Source: Tubiluchus corallicola
Lineage: Eukaryota > Animalia > Priapulida
Assembly: GCA_030141605.1 (NCBI GenBank)
Contig: JAQGDQ010000589.1
Coordinates: forward strand, 70,864-134,863
DNA: 64,000 bases
Direction of reading: 5' to 3'
In this document: piece after piece, positions 1-12,847 of the stretch
How the letters are laid out: each line of letters begins with the position of its first letter
Numbering within the stretch: the first letter of the stretch is position 1
Notes under the pieces: generated by a model
What the model was told of the DNA's origin: nothing
What the model saw: only the letters and a program-made list of their open reading frames with translations
The model's database searches: none
Made by a program: the position numbers and the translations under genes

Positions 1-1361
1 ACACCCGAAGGAGTTGATTTCTCAGAGTCAACTACACTTAATTTACTTACTCAGCCGACTCTGCTGAATTTATTCCCGACAAATCAACTCGACAATTCAT
101 TAACGAATGGATTCCTGGTAGAGGCGAACATATTAGTTTTTCTTCTACGTTTTTAAATGACGGTATTGGAAATCGAATGTGTTTTCTTTAATTAAAAGAT
201 TTTTGAACTTTTTTCTTAATTGTGATTTTAACTTTAAAAAATAGATTATTGTAAATTGTCATTTGTTCTAACATTTATCTCAAGAGAAAAATGGCAGGAC
301 AAACATTTTGCTTTTTGCTAAACAATTACTGTTTGTTTGGACTGTTTCATCTAAGATGTACTAGTAAACAGTCGTGATCGAAAATCTTAATTTCGTTGTT
401 TTAAATCAACTGAATTCAGTTGTTGGCTAGTTCTAATTAGTTTTTTCTTTCTCGATAATTGATGTTTATTGTTGTTGCTTTTGTCCATAGAGGTCCTATT
501 TCTAGTTTCGTGGCAAGGCCTTGGTCCATTCGTTACCATGTGAACAGAGAGACTTTGACCACTGACCAACCCTCAGTTGCCTAAATCAATCAGACAGTAA
601 GGTGATAAGTTTTTTTTACAAATTTAAGTTGTCAGCGATTGTTTTTGCTCATCAAAGATGTTGTTTTATTTAAAGATAAAGTGGCATATAAACGTTTTGC
701 ACCTTTTTTTGTTTCCTGCTATGAATATAGATGGTGTAAGTAGATTAACTACCTTTTTTCTTCTGTTGTACAGCACACCTTATTTGGAAATTTATGGAGA
801 ATCGACGTTTTTCGGCATAGAAGCCAATAAGCTCAATAAATCTTATGCGTCGTCTCCAGTGAAAATTCACTTGGACTAACAGTATGCTTGACATGAGTAC
901 TACTAACGTTGATCTTTTCCAGGCAAGCTCTACCAACCCAGGTGTTACGTCAGTGGTATCGGATGCGCTGTTGCTTGACTAAGGGCTAGTCCACACCTCA
1001 CACCTTACTTGCATTTGCTTGTTGAGACATGATAATTGATACTGGTGAATCATTACGAACTGCAGATCGTGCTGATTATTTATGCTACGTTTACGTTTAT
1101 TTGCTGATAGCGCATTTTTGCATTGTTAGGTAGACATACTTAGGCATATTTAGTTGGAAGTTTTCTAAGTCGACTCGCCGTTAGATAAAAATTGTTGTTA
1201 CGAGAAATGCAATGTCTAACTTAATCTTATTCAAACAAAAAAACTGAGATTGTTTCGTCTTTTAATTTGAAATTCAGTAGGCGTTATGCACTAGCTCATG
1301 TTGTTTTGTTGAATTGCCAGTCTTTACAAAATACTTCAGTAATTCTATTTGATTAATGGAA
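1..1361 (+). repeat. Left arm of long inverted repeat A (partner 10912-12262); runs off the window start
   Basis: Position 1 (acacccgaaggagttgatttct) is the reverse complement of 12241-12262. The match continues to attctatttgattaatggaa (1342-1361) = rc of 10912-10931. There is an 11-nt deletion in the right arm near 11473. Confidence 0.97.
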
Positions 1362-1366
1362 ACAAC

Positions 1367-1389
1367 TATATATATATATATATATATAT
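1367..1389. repeat. (TA)n microsatellite
   Basis: Direct reading. Confidence 0.95.
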
Positions 1390-1999
1390 GCTTTCGCTCA
1401 GTCAAAATCGTTTTTTTTGTTGGTACATTGCCCTGTACATAGTGTGTCACTTTGGTTTTTTGTATAACCTTCATTTTAATACTTTTCTATTAATCACGTG
1501 TGTTACTAATAACTTAATACTTAAGTGACTTAATACATAGGTCCAACAGGTCTCCCGGGAATTTAGTAGCGTTGTACTAATAATATAACTTAGTATTTAT
1601 TACTAATGACAACGCAGAGTTTTTTAAGTTTTTCAATGAATGGTCATTACATGTGTCATATTATAATTATTATTTTATCTGTTTTTCATGTCATTATTGT
1701 TACATGCAATTGACGTTTGAACATATTTTTCATTGATTTCATTGATAATTAGATCATTAACAAAAAAGAAAAAAGGCACGTTTGTTATTTCAGTTACAAA
1801 TTTAAAATTTCCTTAATAAATGAACAAAGCGACAGTTATAACTGATGTTCCCTTTTGCAACATATTCTTTATTGTAGTATAAAAGATATTGATGTTTTCA
1901 AAACTTTTGTGAGTGCTGTGTAACATTCTTAATGCAGCAGTTTATTAATTATATGGCTACGTATTTTATTGTTTCTGTTGTTACATGCATCAAAACTAT

Positions 2000-2900
2000 T
2001 ACAGCCTGCTTTTTAGTATTGATTGTTACATTGATTCTGTTTTTGTGAATGTACGTGCCTTTCTATAACATGTATATGTTGGCATTTCAGCTTTCATGAC
2101 ATTTTTTTTTTGTTTGGAATTTGGACCTAGTGCAACTTTAATAGTTCATTGTTGGTTTATTAGCTTATGAAAATTACCTGTAGATATGGTAAATACAGAC
2201 TTCAAGTCCTTATGTGTACTTTGCCTAGCTTATAAAAATTCGATGAAGATACATAGTGTCACTTTGATTCATTTGTGATTTTCAAACAAGTCTATTGCTG
2301 CTTTACTCATCTATTCCAAACAACAAACGTTTTGGCAAATACCTTATGTGATGTGTTTACATTGTATTTTTGGTGAATGCTAATTTTTTCTAGACAATCA
2401 ATTTTTGGCAAGACATGTAGTCATGTTTTTTGTTGTTATTTGTCGCGTTAAAGACCATTCCTAAGCCTACAGTGCAGTAACGTTCCATATTTGTGCAAGA
2501 ACTTTAATCATCGGCTATTCTGTAAATATAGATTTTCCGAATAATTAATGAAACATAATTCTTAAGATTTGATTCCACAAAAATTTATTTTGTGCCATTC
2601 CATTTTTATCATTGAAAATGTTCATTTCATCTGGGCCTCTCATGGTTGTGTTTATGGTAATTGTACGTTGCTAGTGTCGACTATTCTTGGGTAGTGAGGC
2701 CTGGTGATTTGATTTATTTTGCTGTATTGTAATGCTGTCTAGCAATATTCGAGAAAAAATAAACTGATAATAATAAAAAATTGCCCAAAAATTTATAAAC
2801 CTTATAGGAGGCCAGCTTTTTGACGAAATAATTAGGCCTTTCGCAATGCTAAAGTTTCTGTCTAATTTTGATGTTATTCTCGGGACCAAATACTAAAAGA
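2000..2900 (-). mobile_element. Heavily decayed non-LTR (RTE-like) reverse transcriptase fragment
   Basis: Broken minus-strand translation contains FSRILLDSITIQ..NHQA (cf. YKLFSRILLNRI..EQAGF) and RIADD (cf. RFADD); many stops and frameshifts. Confidence 0.45.
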
Positions 2901-3378
2901 AAACACCAAAAAATATGTTCTTGCCGTTTTTTGTGCTAAGGCTACTTTTTACATTTTAGTCCCTTGACCAATGATAAGAGTTATTAACAAATTTTTTTCC
3001 GAAATTTATATCGTAGATTTCAGACCCGAAAATATTTAAGGCTTTTCTGTAAGTGCACAATTAATATGCGGTACAAATGTATGTACCGACTGTCTTTAAA
3101 TTATGAATATGCGTTTATTTGTTTGCGTGAAATTTGTAATCCTTCATAAAAGAGTCTTACTGCATCACAAAAATGCTAAATTTCAGGCTTTGCCGTTGAA
3201 TGTAAAAAACAACATTGACCGTATAAAAGCCACAACACGGTGAACACCATTCATCGCTACTTTACACCGCTCTGGGTTTCCGACGAGGTTGCAAAAATAT
3301 TTATTGGTTTATCTTAAACTTGTTGAACACTTTTTATTTGTGAATTTATTGAACTAAAACTTGATTTGAAATAAGAAA

Positions 3379-4472
3379 ATGAATAAAAACACAGCAACAT
3401 GCATATGGATTTTTTGCCTGGTTTTAGTTTCTTTGTGCACAATTAACATACCATGTAAACTAGTGGAGAATGCTGGGAAATTTAGAGCCAAAAGTTTCTT
3501 TCAAGATCCAAGCACACAAATAAATAAAAAAGTTATACTGCTCTGGAATTGGTACAATCACAGTAAGGTCTGGGAGCGAGTTGAAAATCCTTTTTCTCGT
3601 CTGTGTCCAGATCACCAAAGAAACTGTGAAACAACGCACGACAAATCTCGATTGAGCGAAAGCGCTGCAGTGGTTGTACATATGAGGATAGGAAAAGAGT
3701 TTCTAACAGATCCCTTTCCTAGTTCCTGACCGTCACGGCAACGATGGATTTTCTTTGTTACTGAAAGTCCCATCAGAAAGAAATTTGCTACACGTGGTAA
3801 AAATCCAGATTTGACACATTTAAACAACATATTTAACTGGACTATGACATATCGTCAAGATTCAGATATTCCACGTTTGCATGGAAGAGTTGTTAGAAAA
3901 AAGGAAACGATTGTGAAAATTCCAAAAGGAAAAACGAAACTTGTTGCATGGTTTGTAAGTAACTGCAAAACAGACTATACCGGCCGCATGGAATATGTTA
4001 GAGAATTAAAGAAGTATGTAAAAGTAGATGTTTACGGCAAATGTGGCAATCTAACATGTATGGAAAAGAATTCTTGCATGGAAATGCTAAAAAGGGACTA
4101 CAAGTTTTATTTATCATTTCAGAATTCTTTCTGCCGTGACTACATAACTGGAAGTGTACAATATATTGATGTATGACGTTGTACCAGTTGTCAGAGGAAG
4201 TGCTGACTATAGTAAACTAACACCCCCTCATTCAGTTATCAACACAGCTGAATTTTCATCACCAAAACACTTTGCCAAATATTTACTATACTTAGACAAA
4301 AATGACACTGAATATTTCAAATATTTTCGTTGAAAGAAATATTATGGCATAAAACGAAATCCTGATGAATGTTTTTGCCTTTTGTGTGAAAAATTGAACA
4401 ACCCATAAAGTTTATAATATTCACGACTGGTGGGTTGTGCAGGGAAATTGTGTCAGAGCTAAAAGACATTAG
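3379..4472 (+). pseudogene. Alpha-1,3-fucosyltransferase (GT10, Glyco_transf_10) pseudogene, intronless
   Basis: N-terminal TM (CIWIFCLVLVSLC), then VILLWNW, CETTHDKS..SAAVVVH, QRWIFFVTESP, FNWTMTYRQDSDI, AWFVSNC, VDVYGKCG, YKFYLSFQNSFCRDYIT, and after a frameshift YDVVPVVRG, PPHSVIN, YLDKNDTEYFKYF, FCLLCEKL, HDWW. Lesions: TGA 3727-3729, frameshift ~4150, TGA 4331-4333, stop/frameshift ~4406. Confidence 0.93.
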
Positions 4473-6159
4473 ATGCTTGATATTAAAGCGGTACAAGAAA
4501 CGGAATTTCGGTGTCCATTAGTTGTGTTATTTCACATCACTGTTTTCTTGATATTTTATTGCTTTTTAGCAGTTGCTCCCATTGATGACATCTAATGCTT
4601 CCTGACTAATATATACATCATCTGCACACATAGACTACAAACTCATAGTGCACCAATGTCTGGAATCGAACCTGCCCTGTATTAAAAAGGATGAATCACT
4701 ACTGCCAAAATTCCTAGAAAACCATAAGTTCATTTTCTGTCAAACCTATAATGGGAGCCTATGTCACACTTTCTCTTGTTTCATTTTCCATTATTTTGTC
4801 AGCAAAATAACACCAGCTACCATGGCGAGCCTCGCGTTTTTTATTCAAGTTTTTTTTTTATTTTAATATAGCGGCGCCTTTGCTTTTCATATCAAGATGG
4901 TAGCACACATGTTTTTCAGTTCAAAATGGCACAACCTTTGTTTTTTAAATTAAAGAATGTGGCACATACGTTTGTTTCCATTGTGTTTCCATTATCACAT
5001 CTTAGTAGAGCAAGAGTTGTCTTTGAATAGTTTTCTGAATTTGTTGCTTATTGTGAAGTGTTGTTGTCTACGTATAACTGTAGATCAACGAAAGCCACAA
5101 TTATATACTTTCATTGCTCATGTTGTCGGGTTTTACAAATAAGAAAAATAATATTTTTATGAAAAATGGCGACAACATGTGGTCATCATATAAAAACAGA
5201 ACTTCTAGCAAATTAAATTCGCCTAATCGGGCTTGTTTTTACAATAAAAGTATTTTTGTAAATAAGGTAGGCCAACATTTATTGCGAGATATATTGCTGA
5301 CCATGTTTTCAGTTATTGCCACAAAAATCTTTACACTAACATCCAATATGTTGCTCTGTTCTTGCTCTTGTGGGTTGTTTACACATCTGGTAAAAGCACA
5401 TTTACAGGGGTATATTTATTAAAGTTTACGCGGTTTAAAAACATCGCAAAATTTGATGGAATCTCGAGAAAGGGCGCAAATAGGACGCTTTCTAGGAGCT
5501 GCCTACCTAGTGGAGCAAGACTGCTTCTTTCTCTAGCTATCATTGTTTCTGCATCTTCATGCTTTAATACTCGTAATTCTGACAGAAAAAAGTTTTTTGT
5601 TGTTTGGAGACAAGTTGCTGCGAGCAGCTAAATCTTTTCCAACTAAATCTTTAGCAATCATTTCTAATCTCTGAAAAGGTTCCATTTGCTTTAAATTTTG
5701 CAGCATAAAGATTGTCAGTATTAACCAGGCATCACGATTATTTTCAAGAACAAATAACTGAATAAAGGAATATTATTCCATTCATGCACGCAATTTGTTG
5801 AATTTGTCTTGCACGTATGCCAGCCTTTACGTAAAATTAAACTTCAAACAAGAACACGAAACTTTTATAACAGTTTTATTGTGAAATTTCATCTTTATTA
5901 CTTCTTTTACAAAATCGCTGTAAAAGCATATTTTACATTTTGCTAAGTCAGCGTTTTTACCTAACACAACAAGATAAGTTAAACATGTTTTATTTACAGC
6001 ATACAATCAACCTTGCAAGAGTGCATGAAAAACACGTCCCACTAATTGTAGTAAGAGAACGGGTTGCAAATTGCAAATTATTGTATTACATATGGATATT
6101 AACATAACAAGCCCTGAATACACAGATTCACGCAAATGGAAATTGATGAAATATTATGT

Positions 6160-6265
6160 CCTTATGTCCAAATGACCTATGTGTCCAATTTGCCTTGCGT
6201 CCAAGTAATCCATGGGTCCAAGTTGCCTTCTGCGCAAATGACCGATGTGTCCCCAAATGTCTATA
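6160..6265 (+). repeat. Short degenerate tandem repeat (~16-17 bp unit, core GTCCAA-TG-C)
   Basis: gtccaaatgacc / gtccaatttgcc / gtccaagtaatcc / gtccaagttgcc / gcgcaaatgacc recur at regular spacing. Confidence 0.6.
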
Positions 6266-6614
6266 TCGAAATCTTTGCCCAGCTTTTGCACAGAAATCAA
6301 TGCGCAATTACATTTTCAAATTTAAGAAATCGTGAATGGAAAAAATAGTTTTGATAAAACACGAAGATTCAAGACAAATGTTTTTAATAATTGTGTTTTT
6401 TTTTACTACATAATTTGCAAAAACATGCAAAATGCTTTTGATCCCGCAATACCCTGCACAATGCTAAAGCCACAAAAACGTTCATTTAATATGCTAGTAT
6501 GTGTTAGGAAAAGTTACAGGAGAGAACAGGTCGGTAGTGATACATGCTTTGAGTGTGCGCGTATAATAAGCAATCGTTGATCCACTGTAAAGAATCATAC
6601 CTGCAAATATAAGG

Positions 6615-7697
6615 ATGCGGACAAACATCATATCTGTTATTTTCTCTTTCAGATATTATAAAAGAAGAGCATACTTTTATACTGGATTAGTTCTTGCTGT
6701 TTTATTTCTTAATGCACAACGAAATATTTTGCAATTTAGCCTTGATAACTGCTATTCTAATAAAATAAATTCTGTTAATTATGGTAAAGATGTGAAGAAC
6801 TTTTTGTTTTCGTCCTCTATACAATTAAAAAAGAGTGATATTTACTGTGGACAAGCCTGTGATATCAACAGTCAACATTTTCAACAGTCGCCTGGCTTGG
6901 ACTATCCAGTATTACATAAACACTTTGACTGTCTTTCTCTTATGCAGCGTTTGTATTTAGAGGAACCAGCTGAGCAATGGCCTCCTCCACGTGCGCCACC
7001 AACAGAATTATTTGATGAATTTACAATGTATGGAAAAATGCCTTTAGTTTTACAGCAACGTTGGTACTTTGCTTCCAACTATGCAAAAACTAGAAAAGAA
7101 TTGTTTACACCGGAGATAATGTCAAAGTTGCAAAAAACTGCATCAGAAGGAAAAAACATTTCAGTTTATGGCATTCACGCAATGCAAGTCGTAGAGGAAG
7201 CTTTAGATATGTACAGAGAAAAGATAGAAGGTAAACATGGTTTTGTTATTGGCACAGAATATCCATGGATCGAAGCTTTACTGCTTAATAGAAACGTTGG
7301 TCACATCACAACAATGGATTACAGTGATCTTGTGTCATATCACAGTAAAATATCAACAATTTTGCCTAAAATCCTATCAAAGCAATATCTTCGTCATCCA
7401 AGGCCATTATTTGATTTTGGAATCAGCTATTCTTCAATAGAACACAGTGGACTTGGACGCTATGGCGATGCATTGAATCCAAGTGGTGATTTGGAGACCA
7501 TGGCTCAGGCTTGGTGCTTAGTTAAACCAGGAGGTTATTTCTTTCTGAATGTGGAAACAGATCATGGTAGAAGCTATTTAGCATGGAATGCACACAGAGT
7601 TTATGGAAATGAAAGACTAAAGCACCTCACTGCAAACTGGAATGTTTCAACAGTTTTATACAAAAATAGGCAAATTCTGAGAATAATGAAAAAGTAG
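6615..7697 (+). CDS. DUF268-family (class I SAM methyltransferase-like) type II membrane protein
   Basis: Intact 360-aa ORF with TM AYFYTGLVLAVLFL and family motifs GFVIGTEYPWIEA, TTMDY, FDFGISYSSIEHSGLGRYGDALNPSGDL, LVKPGGYFFL, WNAHRVYG. A possible acceptor ttttctctttcag at 6652 means the true start may lie in an upstream exon. Confidence 0.88.
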   Translation: MRTNIISVIFSFRYYKRRAYFYTGLVLAVLFLNAQRNILQFSLDNCYSNKINSVNYGKDVKNFLFSSSIQLKKSDIYCGQACDINSQHFQQSPGLDYPVLHKHFDCLSLMQRLYLEEPAEQWPPPRAPPTELFDEFTMYGKMPLVLQQRWYFASNYAKTRKELFTPEIMSKLQKTASEGKNISVYGIHAMQVVEEALDMYREKIEGKHGFVIGTEYPWIEALLLNRNVGHITTMDYSDLVSYHSKISTILPKILSKQYLRHPRPLFDFGISYSSIEHSGLGRYGDALNPSGDLETMAQAWCLVKPGGYFFLNVETDHGRSYLAWNAHRVYGNERLKHLTANWNVSTVLYKNRQILRIMKK

Positions 7698-8810
7698 CCA
7701 CGTTTACCATTTAAAAAGTTGTGCCAGTTCTAAAAGAACAGTTATAGTTTAATGCTACAGTTCATCTAATTTAACCTAATGTATAATTTACGTGGTTTTT
7801 GTTTAAAGTACATGTAAGTAAATTATATTATTTTACATTACATGTTCTGCTATCGAGTAATAATCACAAGGGTAGTTGGAATAACCTCTGGACGGTTTGA
7901 GCCAGAACTGTCAGTGGGCGATGGGTCTACAAACGCCACATCCTGAAAGCAGACCAAACGGCCGGCAGACATTAAGCCAGCTTTATAAAAGCGGGAAACA
8001 GAGCCAACCAAAATGCTTGACTAACCTACTAATCGTTAAATAGATTTTACACAGAAAACTACTGATTAGACCTTAGCCGACCAAGTGGTTTTTATATTAC
8101 CATAAAGACAAAGCAGGGTAAAAAATCACCACATGAAAGCTTTGCTTGATAGTGTTACTAATTGGATAGAATGTGTTCACTGTTTAGTTCTGAGATTTCC
8201 ACTTCGTCTTCACTTGTCGGATCTTGTAAAATTTCATCTTCATCAGCTTTAATCTTAGTCACCTGCCCATATTACTAAATGAAGAATGTTCCACAAACAA
8301 TAATAGGAAATTTCCTCAATAGATTGTTAGAAAAATCTCTTTGTAGAACTGTAGGTCAGATTGGAGGTTTGCAGCACATCTTAGTCTTAAAAGAAAACAC
8401 ACGGTGTTGATAGAAAGAAAAATACTGCAATGTAAATTCAAAAAAAGTCCTTACATAAAAGACCACTCATGCACTCTTACATCTGGCACTCGTGCTGGGC
8501 AAAAAGCATGAATAACACTTTTCAACAAAACCAAGGTAAGGTTGCATAACAAATCGAAAAATATTTAATCACTGCTAGTTTGAAAATTTTTCGTTGCGTG
8601 CATGAATATATAAAATGTGAAACATAAAATATATATATATATATATATGTGTTATGCATCACGTGACCTACCGCTTCGCTTATGTGTTAATGCGCCATAT
8701 TGGACAGTAGAAAGTGATGAGGTTGTACGTATGCGCTGAAAGCTATTATTGCTGGTAGATAAGTTGCAAGTTTTGCAGTTATAAAGTATTAAAGATAGCT
8801 AAATGAATTC

Positions 8811-9780
8811 GTGGTTAGCAGTTTAAGTAATGTGTTACAAATTGAAGCAAAAATTCCATGCAAAGAAAAACGCCGTGAACTTGGGTTGGGTTCAGTGGAC
8901 CAATATTCTATTCTGCCGACTATGGGAAGTATTCTGGATGAAACGATTGTGAACTATAGAATTTTTAATACATCTTCTTATACGGACAAGGTGCTGAAGG
9001 CGTATAAAAGTTTTATGCTTTTAAAACTTTGTGGCTGGTTTTGTTCACAATGTCAGAATCTGAAAAGTTTACAACACTTCCAAATTACATTGCATTTAGT
9101 AAGGTGAGATTTTAATTTAGCATGCTAAAGAATTTTTACTAGCACTGCGTTTTTTATTTAATTATCTTAAATTTACTGCGGATTAGAAGATTGCCTGTTA
9201 ATAATCATTTTGCTCATAATGGAATTCTAATGATTTTTGTAAGGCTACAAGTTTAAACAAGCATTAAAGTATATGCTTTGCAGCTATGCCTGAAACTGTT
9301 AAACACTATAAAAAATTGGCAGCAGCATTGAGCTTCAAAAAGTATTAACAAATTTTGAAATTTTTGAAGAGCTGCCTTAAACTTACAATGTGATTTTAAT
9401 TAAAATTTTCAATTTTCGCCTGTTACGTATGTTTAACATAACTGTCTGGGTGTGCATGACCACCAATGGTCAAATCTTATCAGGACATTGTGTATGCATG
9501 GCCGGACTAGGAGAATGTTGCTCGCACGTGGCTGCAACTTTGTTTATTGTGGAAGCAGCCAAAAAATCAAACTTTAGCAGCCAAAGTGCACATCCCCTTC
9601 TGGTGCTTGGTCGAAATTGATTTCATGAGTCCTGCCAGAAAAATAAAGTGTGAAACAAACTTAACGGAAGACTTAAATTGCTGCTCGTCTTCACGTAATA
9701 CACGTATCAGGTGAAGAAATGCAACAGAAAAGAAAATCATTTTACAAACAGTTATACAAAACGAGTGCCGTTGCTCTAAA
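8811..9780 (+). mobile_element. Decayed SWIM zinc-finger gene of the type carried by ISL2EU/Kolobok-like DNA transposons (SWIM-YqaJ accessory gene)
   Basis: IVNYRIFNTSSYTDKVLKAYKSF and VWVCMTTNGQILSGHCVCMAGLGECCSHVAATLFIVEAA (SWIM CxC..CxH); frameshifted; no nuclease domain or TIRs found. Confidence 0.6.
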
Positions 9781-10351
9781 GCACAAGAAAAACCTCCACT
9801 TACATAAAGCTTACTATAAAGCTCCCATACTATAGGAGCAATGCATGACTTATCCCACCATATTGCCGCGCGTTGTGCACATCTACTGCTAGTTGTTTGT
9901 GGTTGTACCTTATCAAGGGTTTATTGCCTGTTCATGCGGGTTTCGGGACAGTAAAGAAAATGCGCGACGATGTGCACATTTTTCCGTGACGTCAGTGATT
10001 TTGCGCTAAAACAGATCGACAGCTTGTGCAAAGCCCCGTCTACAGGGAAAAAAACGTGATATGTGCTCGCCAATACTGGCAATTTGTCAATTATTGCAGA
10101 AAATCATGAAACTGTATCATTGTTACATATGTATATGACCGGACACAAGCAATTGTCAGGCTCATCATTGTAAAAAAGACTGAAAAATTAGACTGTAGCT
10201 GCTTATGGTGATCCGTTAATTCGTGTGAGTCAGTGTGCGTAAATAGTCAAGAAATTTCGTTAAACCACAAATTGCGAGTCACAAAACCAACGTTTGTTAC
10301 ATACAAAGTTGTCAAGCTGCAGGTTCTCTTCTGCTAAACGTATTAGACTGC

Positions 10352-10800
10352 TGTCCGCTTTTAACAGAGGCAGGGGGGTGGCACCGCAGCCTACACCATG
10401 CGGCATGTCCCAATTAAGTCCTTCAACACCAAACCAAAACAGAACCCGAATAATAGAGTCGAAATGACAATTTATTACTAAATATTACACCGTCAACAAG
10501 GAACAAACAGCTTACCTAGAAGAACGGAGTTGGCGGCAAAGCCTGTGAAATGTGAACAGAGCTGCAATGAAAGACACGACCACTGACAAGGGCCTACAGC
10601 AGACCTTCCCTTTTTATAAGCTCAGGTGTGCATGTGACTAGTGGGTTTTACTAACATAGGGTCAGAATACGAGTCTGTGCTAGATAAAGCCACGTTCACA
10701 TGCACACCTGATAAGTCTACTGTATTCCCATGCCAGCATTACACTTCATCTCATCGGAGCCCTGCAGTACACTGTCCCCCTTCCCCCCAGACAAAGAAGT
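10352..10800 (-). mobile_element. LTR with adjacent polypurine tract (Gypsy-like 3' end)
   Basis: Minus strand reads GGGGGGAAGGGGGACAG then TGTACTGC (10771) and ends GGACA (10352); AATAAA inside (plus tttatt ~10471). Confidence 0.55.
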
Positions 10801-10911
10801 CCCTCCTTTGAAGATCTAGTCTTCCATCGGGAGGGAGAAGAACAGCCACCCACACAGACCAGAAAGCAAGCCCGACCACTGCTAATCGGCAATACAAAAA
10901 GTTTTTATTCC

Positions 10912-12262
10912 TTCCATTAATCAAATAGAATCACAGAAATATTTTGTAAAGACTGGCAATTCTACAAAACAACATGAGCTAGTGCATAACGCCTACTGAA
11001 TTACAAATTAAAAGATGAAAACAATGTCAGTTTTTTCGTTTGAATAAGATTAAGTTAAACATTGCATTTCTAGTAACAACAATTTCAATATAACGGCGAG
11101 TCGACTTAGAAAACTTCCAACTAAATATGCCTAAGTATGTCTACCTAATAATGCAAAAATGTGCTATCCGCAAATAAACGTAAACGTAGCATAAATAATC
11201 AGCACGATCTGCAGTTCGTAATGATTCACCAGTATCAATTATCATGTCTCAACAAGCAAATGCAAGTAAGGTGTGAGGTGTGGACTAGCCCTTAGTCAAG
11301 CAACAACGCATCCGATACCACTGACGTAACACCTTGGTTGGTAGAGCTTGCCTGGAAAAGATCAACGTTAGTAGTACTCATGTCAAGCATACAGTTAGTC
11401 CAAGTGAATTTTCACTGGAGACGACGCATAAGATTTATTGAGCTTATTGGCTTCTATGCCGAAAAACGTCGATTTCCAAATAAGGTGTGCTGTACAACAG
11501 AAGAAAAAAGGTAGTTAATCTACTTACACCATCTATATTCATAGCAGGAAACAAAAAAAGGTGCAAAACGTTTATATGCCACTTTATCTTTAAATAAAAC
11601 AACATCTTTGATGAGCAAAAACAATCGCTGACAACTTAAATTTGTAAAAAAAACTTCTCACCTTACTGTCTGATTGATTTAGGCAACTGAGGGTTGGTCA
11701 GTGGTTAAAGTCTCTCTGTTCACATGGTAACGAATGGACCAAGGCCTTGCCACGAAACTAGAAATAGGACCTCTATGGACAAAAGCAACAACAATAAACA
11801 TCAATTATCGAGAAAGAAAAAACTAATTAGAACTAGCCAACAACTGAATTCAGTTGATTTAAAACAACGAAATTAAGATTTTCGATCACGACTGTTTACT
11901 TGTACATCTTAGATGAAACAGTCCAAACAAACAGTAATTGTTTAGCAAAAAGCAAAATGTTTGTCCTGCCATTTTTCTCTTGAGATAAATGTTAGAACAA
12001 ATGACAATTTACAATAATCTATTTTTTAAAGTTAAAATCACAATTAAGAAATAAGTTCAAAAATCTTTTAATTAAAGAAAACACATTCGATTTCCAATAC
12101 CGTCATTTAAAAACGTAGAAGAAAAACTAATATGTTCGCCTCTACCAGGAATCCATTCGTTAATGAATTGTCGAGTTGATTCGTCGGGAATAAATTCAGC
12201 AGAGTCGGCTGAGTAAGTAAATTAAGTGTAGTTGACTCTGAGAAATCAACTCCTTCGGGTGT
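10912..12262 (-). repeat. Right arm of long inverted repeat A
   Basis: Reverse complement of 1-1361. Confidence 0.97.
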
Positions 12263-12775
12263 GGATGTTCGTGATTTTGGTACAGGCGGAGTGAATGTGG
12301 GCAATGAAAGCCGTACATCACCGCTGGATGAATTGTCATGGGAAAGGAAAAGTGGATCACGAATAAAAATTAAGGCTGGCATGGAGGAATTAAGTAGTTC
12401 TGGAATTTGGGCTGGAAAACTCGATGCATTTTCATTGTGCTCATCATTATAATCAGCTATTCTGCATGGTGAGTATGAAGGTGGCGGCAATTTGAAGGAA
12501 TCGAGAGATACAGATCGGTCAACTGCAATCAGCTGTGGCTCGAATTCAATGTTTTGTTTAGTTTTAGATTTATCGATACCCATATCAGATAATTCATTGA
12601 GTGAAGGCGTTTCACCAGGTGTCCAAGAAAATCCAGTTGCTGTTGTAACGCCATAGACGATCAGCATGAACAATTTGGCATCTTTGTCTTGGTCCCGGAA
12701 TACGATAGACAACATATGTGAGGCGTGTTATGATTTGATAAGGTCCCTGCCAATCAGACTGAAGCTTTGGACTCG
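12107..12775 (-). mobile_element. Gypsy integrase C-terminus (GPY/F module) plus low-complexity tail
   Basis: Minus frame at ~12770-12640 reads SPKLQSDWQGPYQIITRLTYVVYRIPGPRQRCQIVHADRLWRY. The listed 202-aa ORF is probably the frameshifted S/P/T-rich pol tail. Confidence 0.8.
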
Positions 12776-12847
12776 AGAACAAAAGTGGAAGTGCACCACG
12801 GGTAGTGCCATTTACGGCCTAAGCTTGCTGGGTAACAAGCTTACATA

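Noticed and set aside
944-968. LTR end plus primer-binding site (tgttacg tcag tggtatcgg)
   Set aside because: Only a partial PBS match, and no LTR start or PPT could be defined
3727-4333. TGA recoding (selenocysteine or readthrough) in the fucosyltransferase
   Set aside because: Frameshifts and a motif substitution co-occur, and the stops sit at expected Arg and Trp codons; ordinary pseudogenisation explains them
4550-5700. Transposase or integrase remnants on the minus strand
   Set aside because: Only vague motif resemblance across many stops
12107-12715. 202-aa ORF as a novel host gene
   Set aside because: It overlaps and continues a Gypsy integrase GPY/F module in another frame, so it is most likely the pol tail
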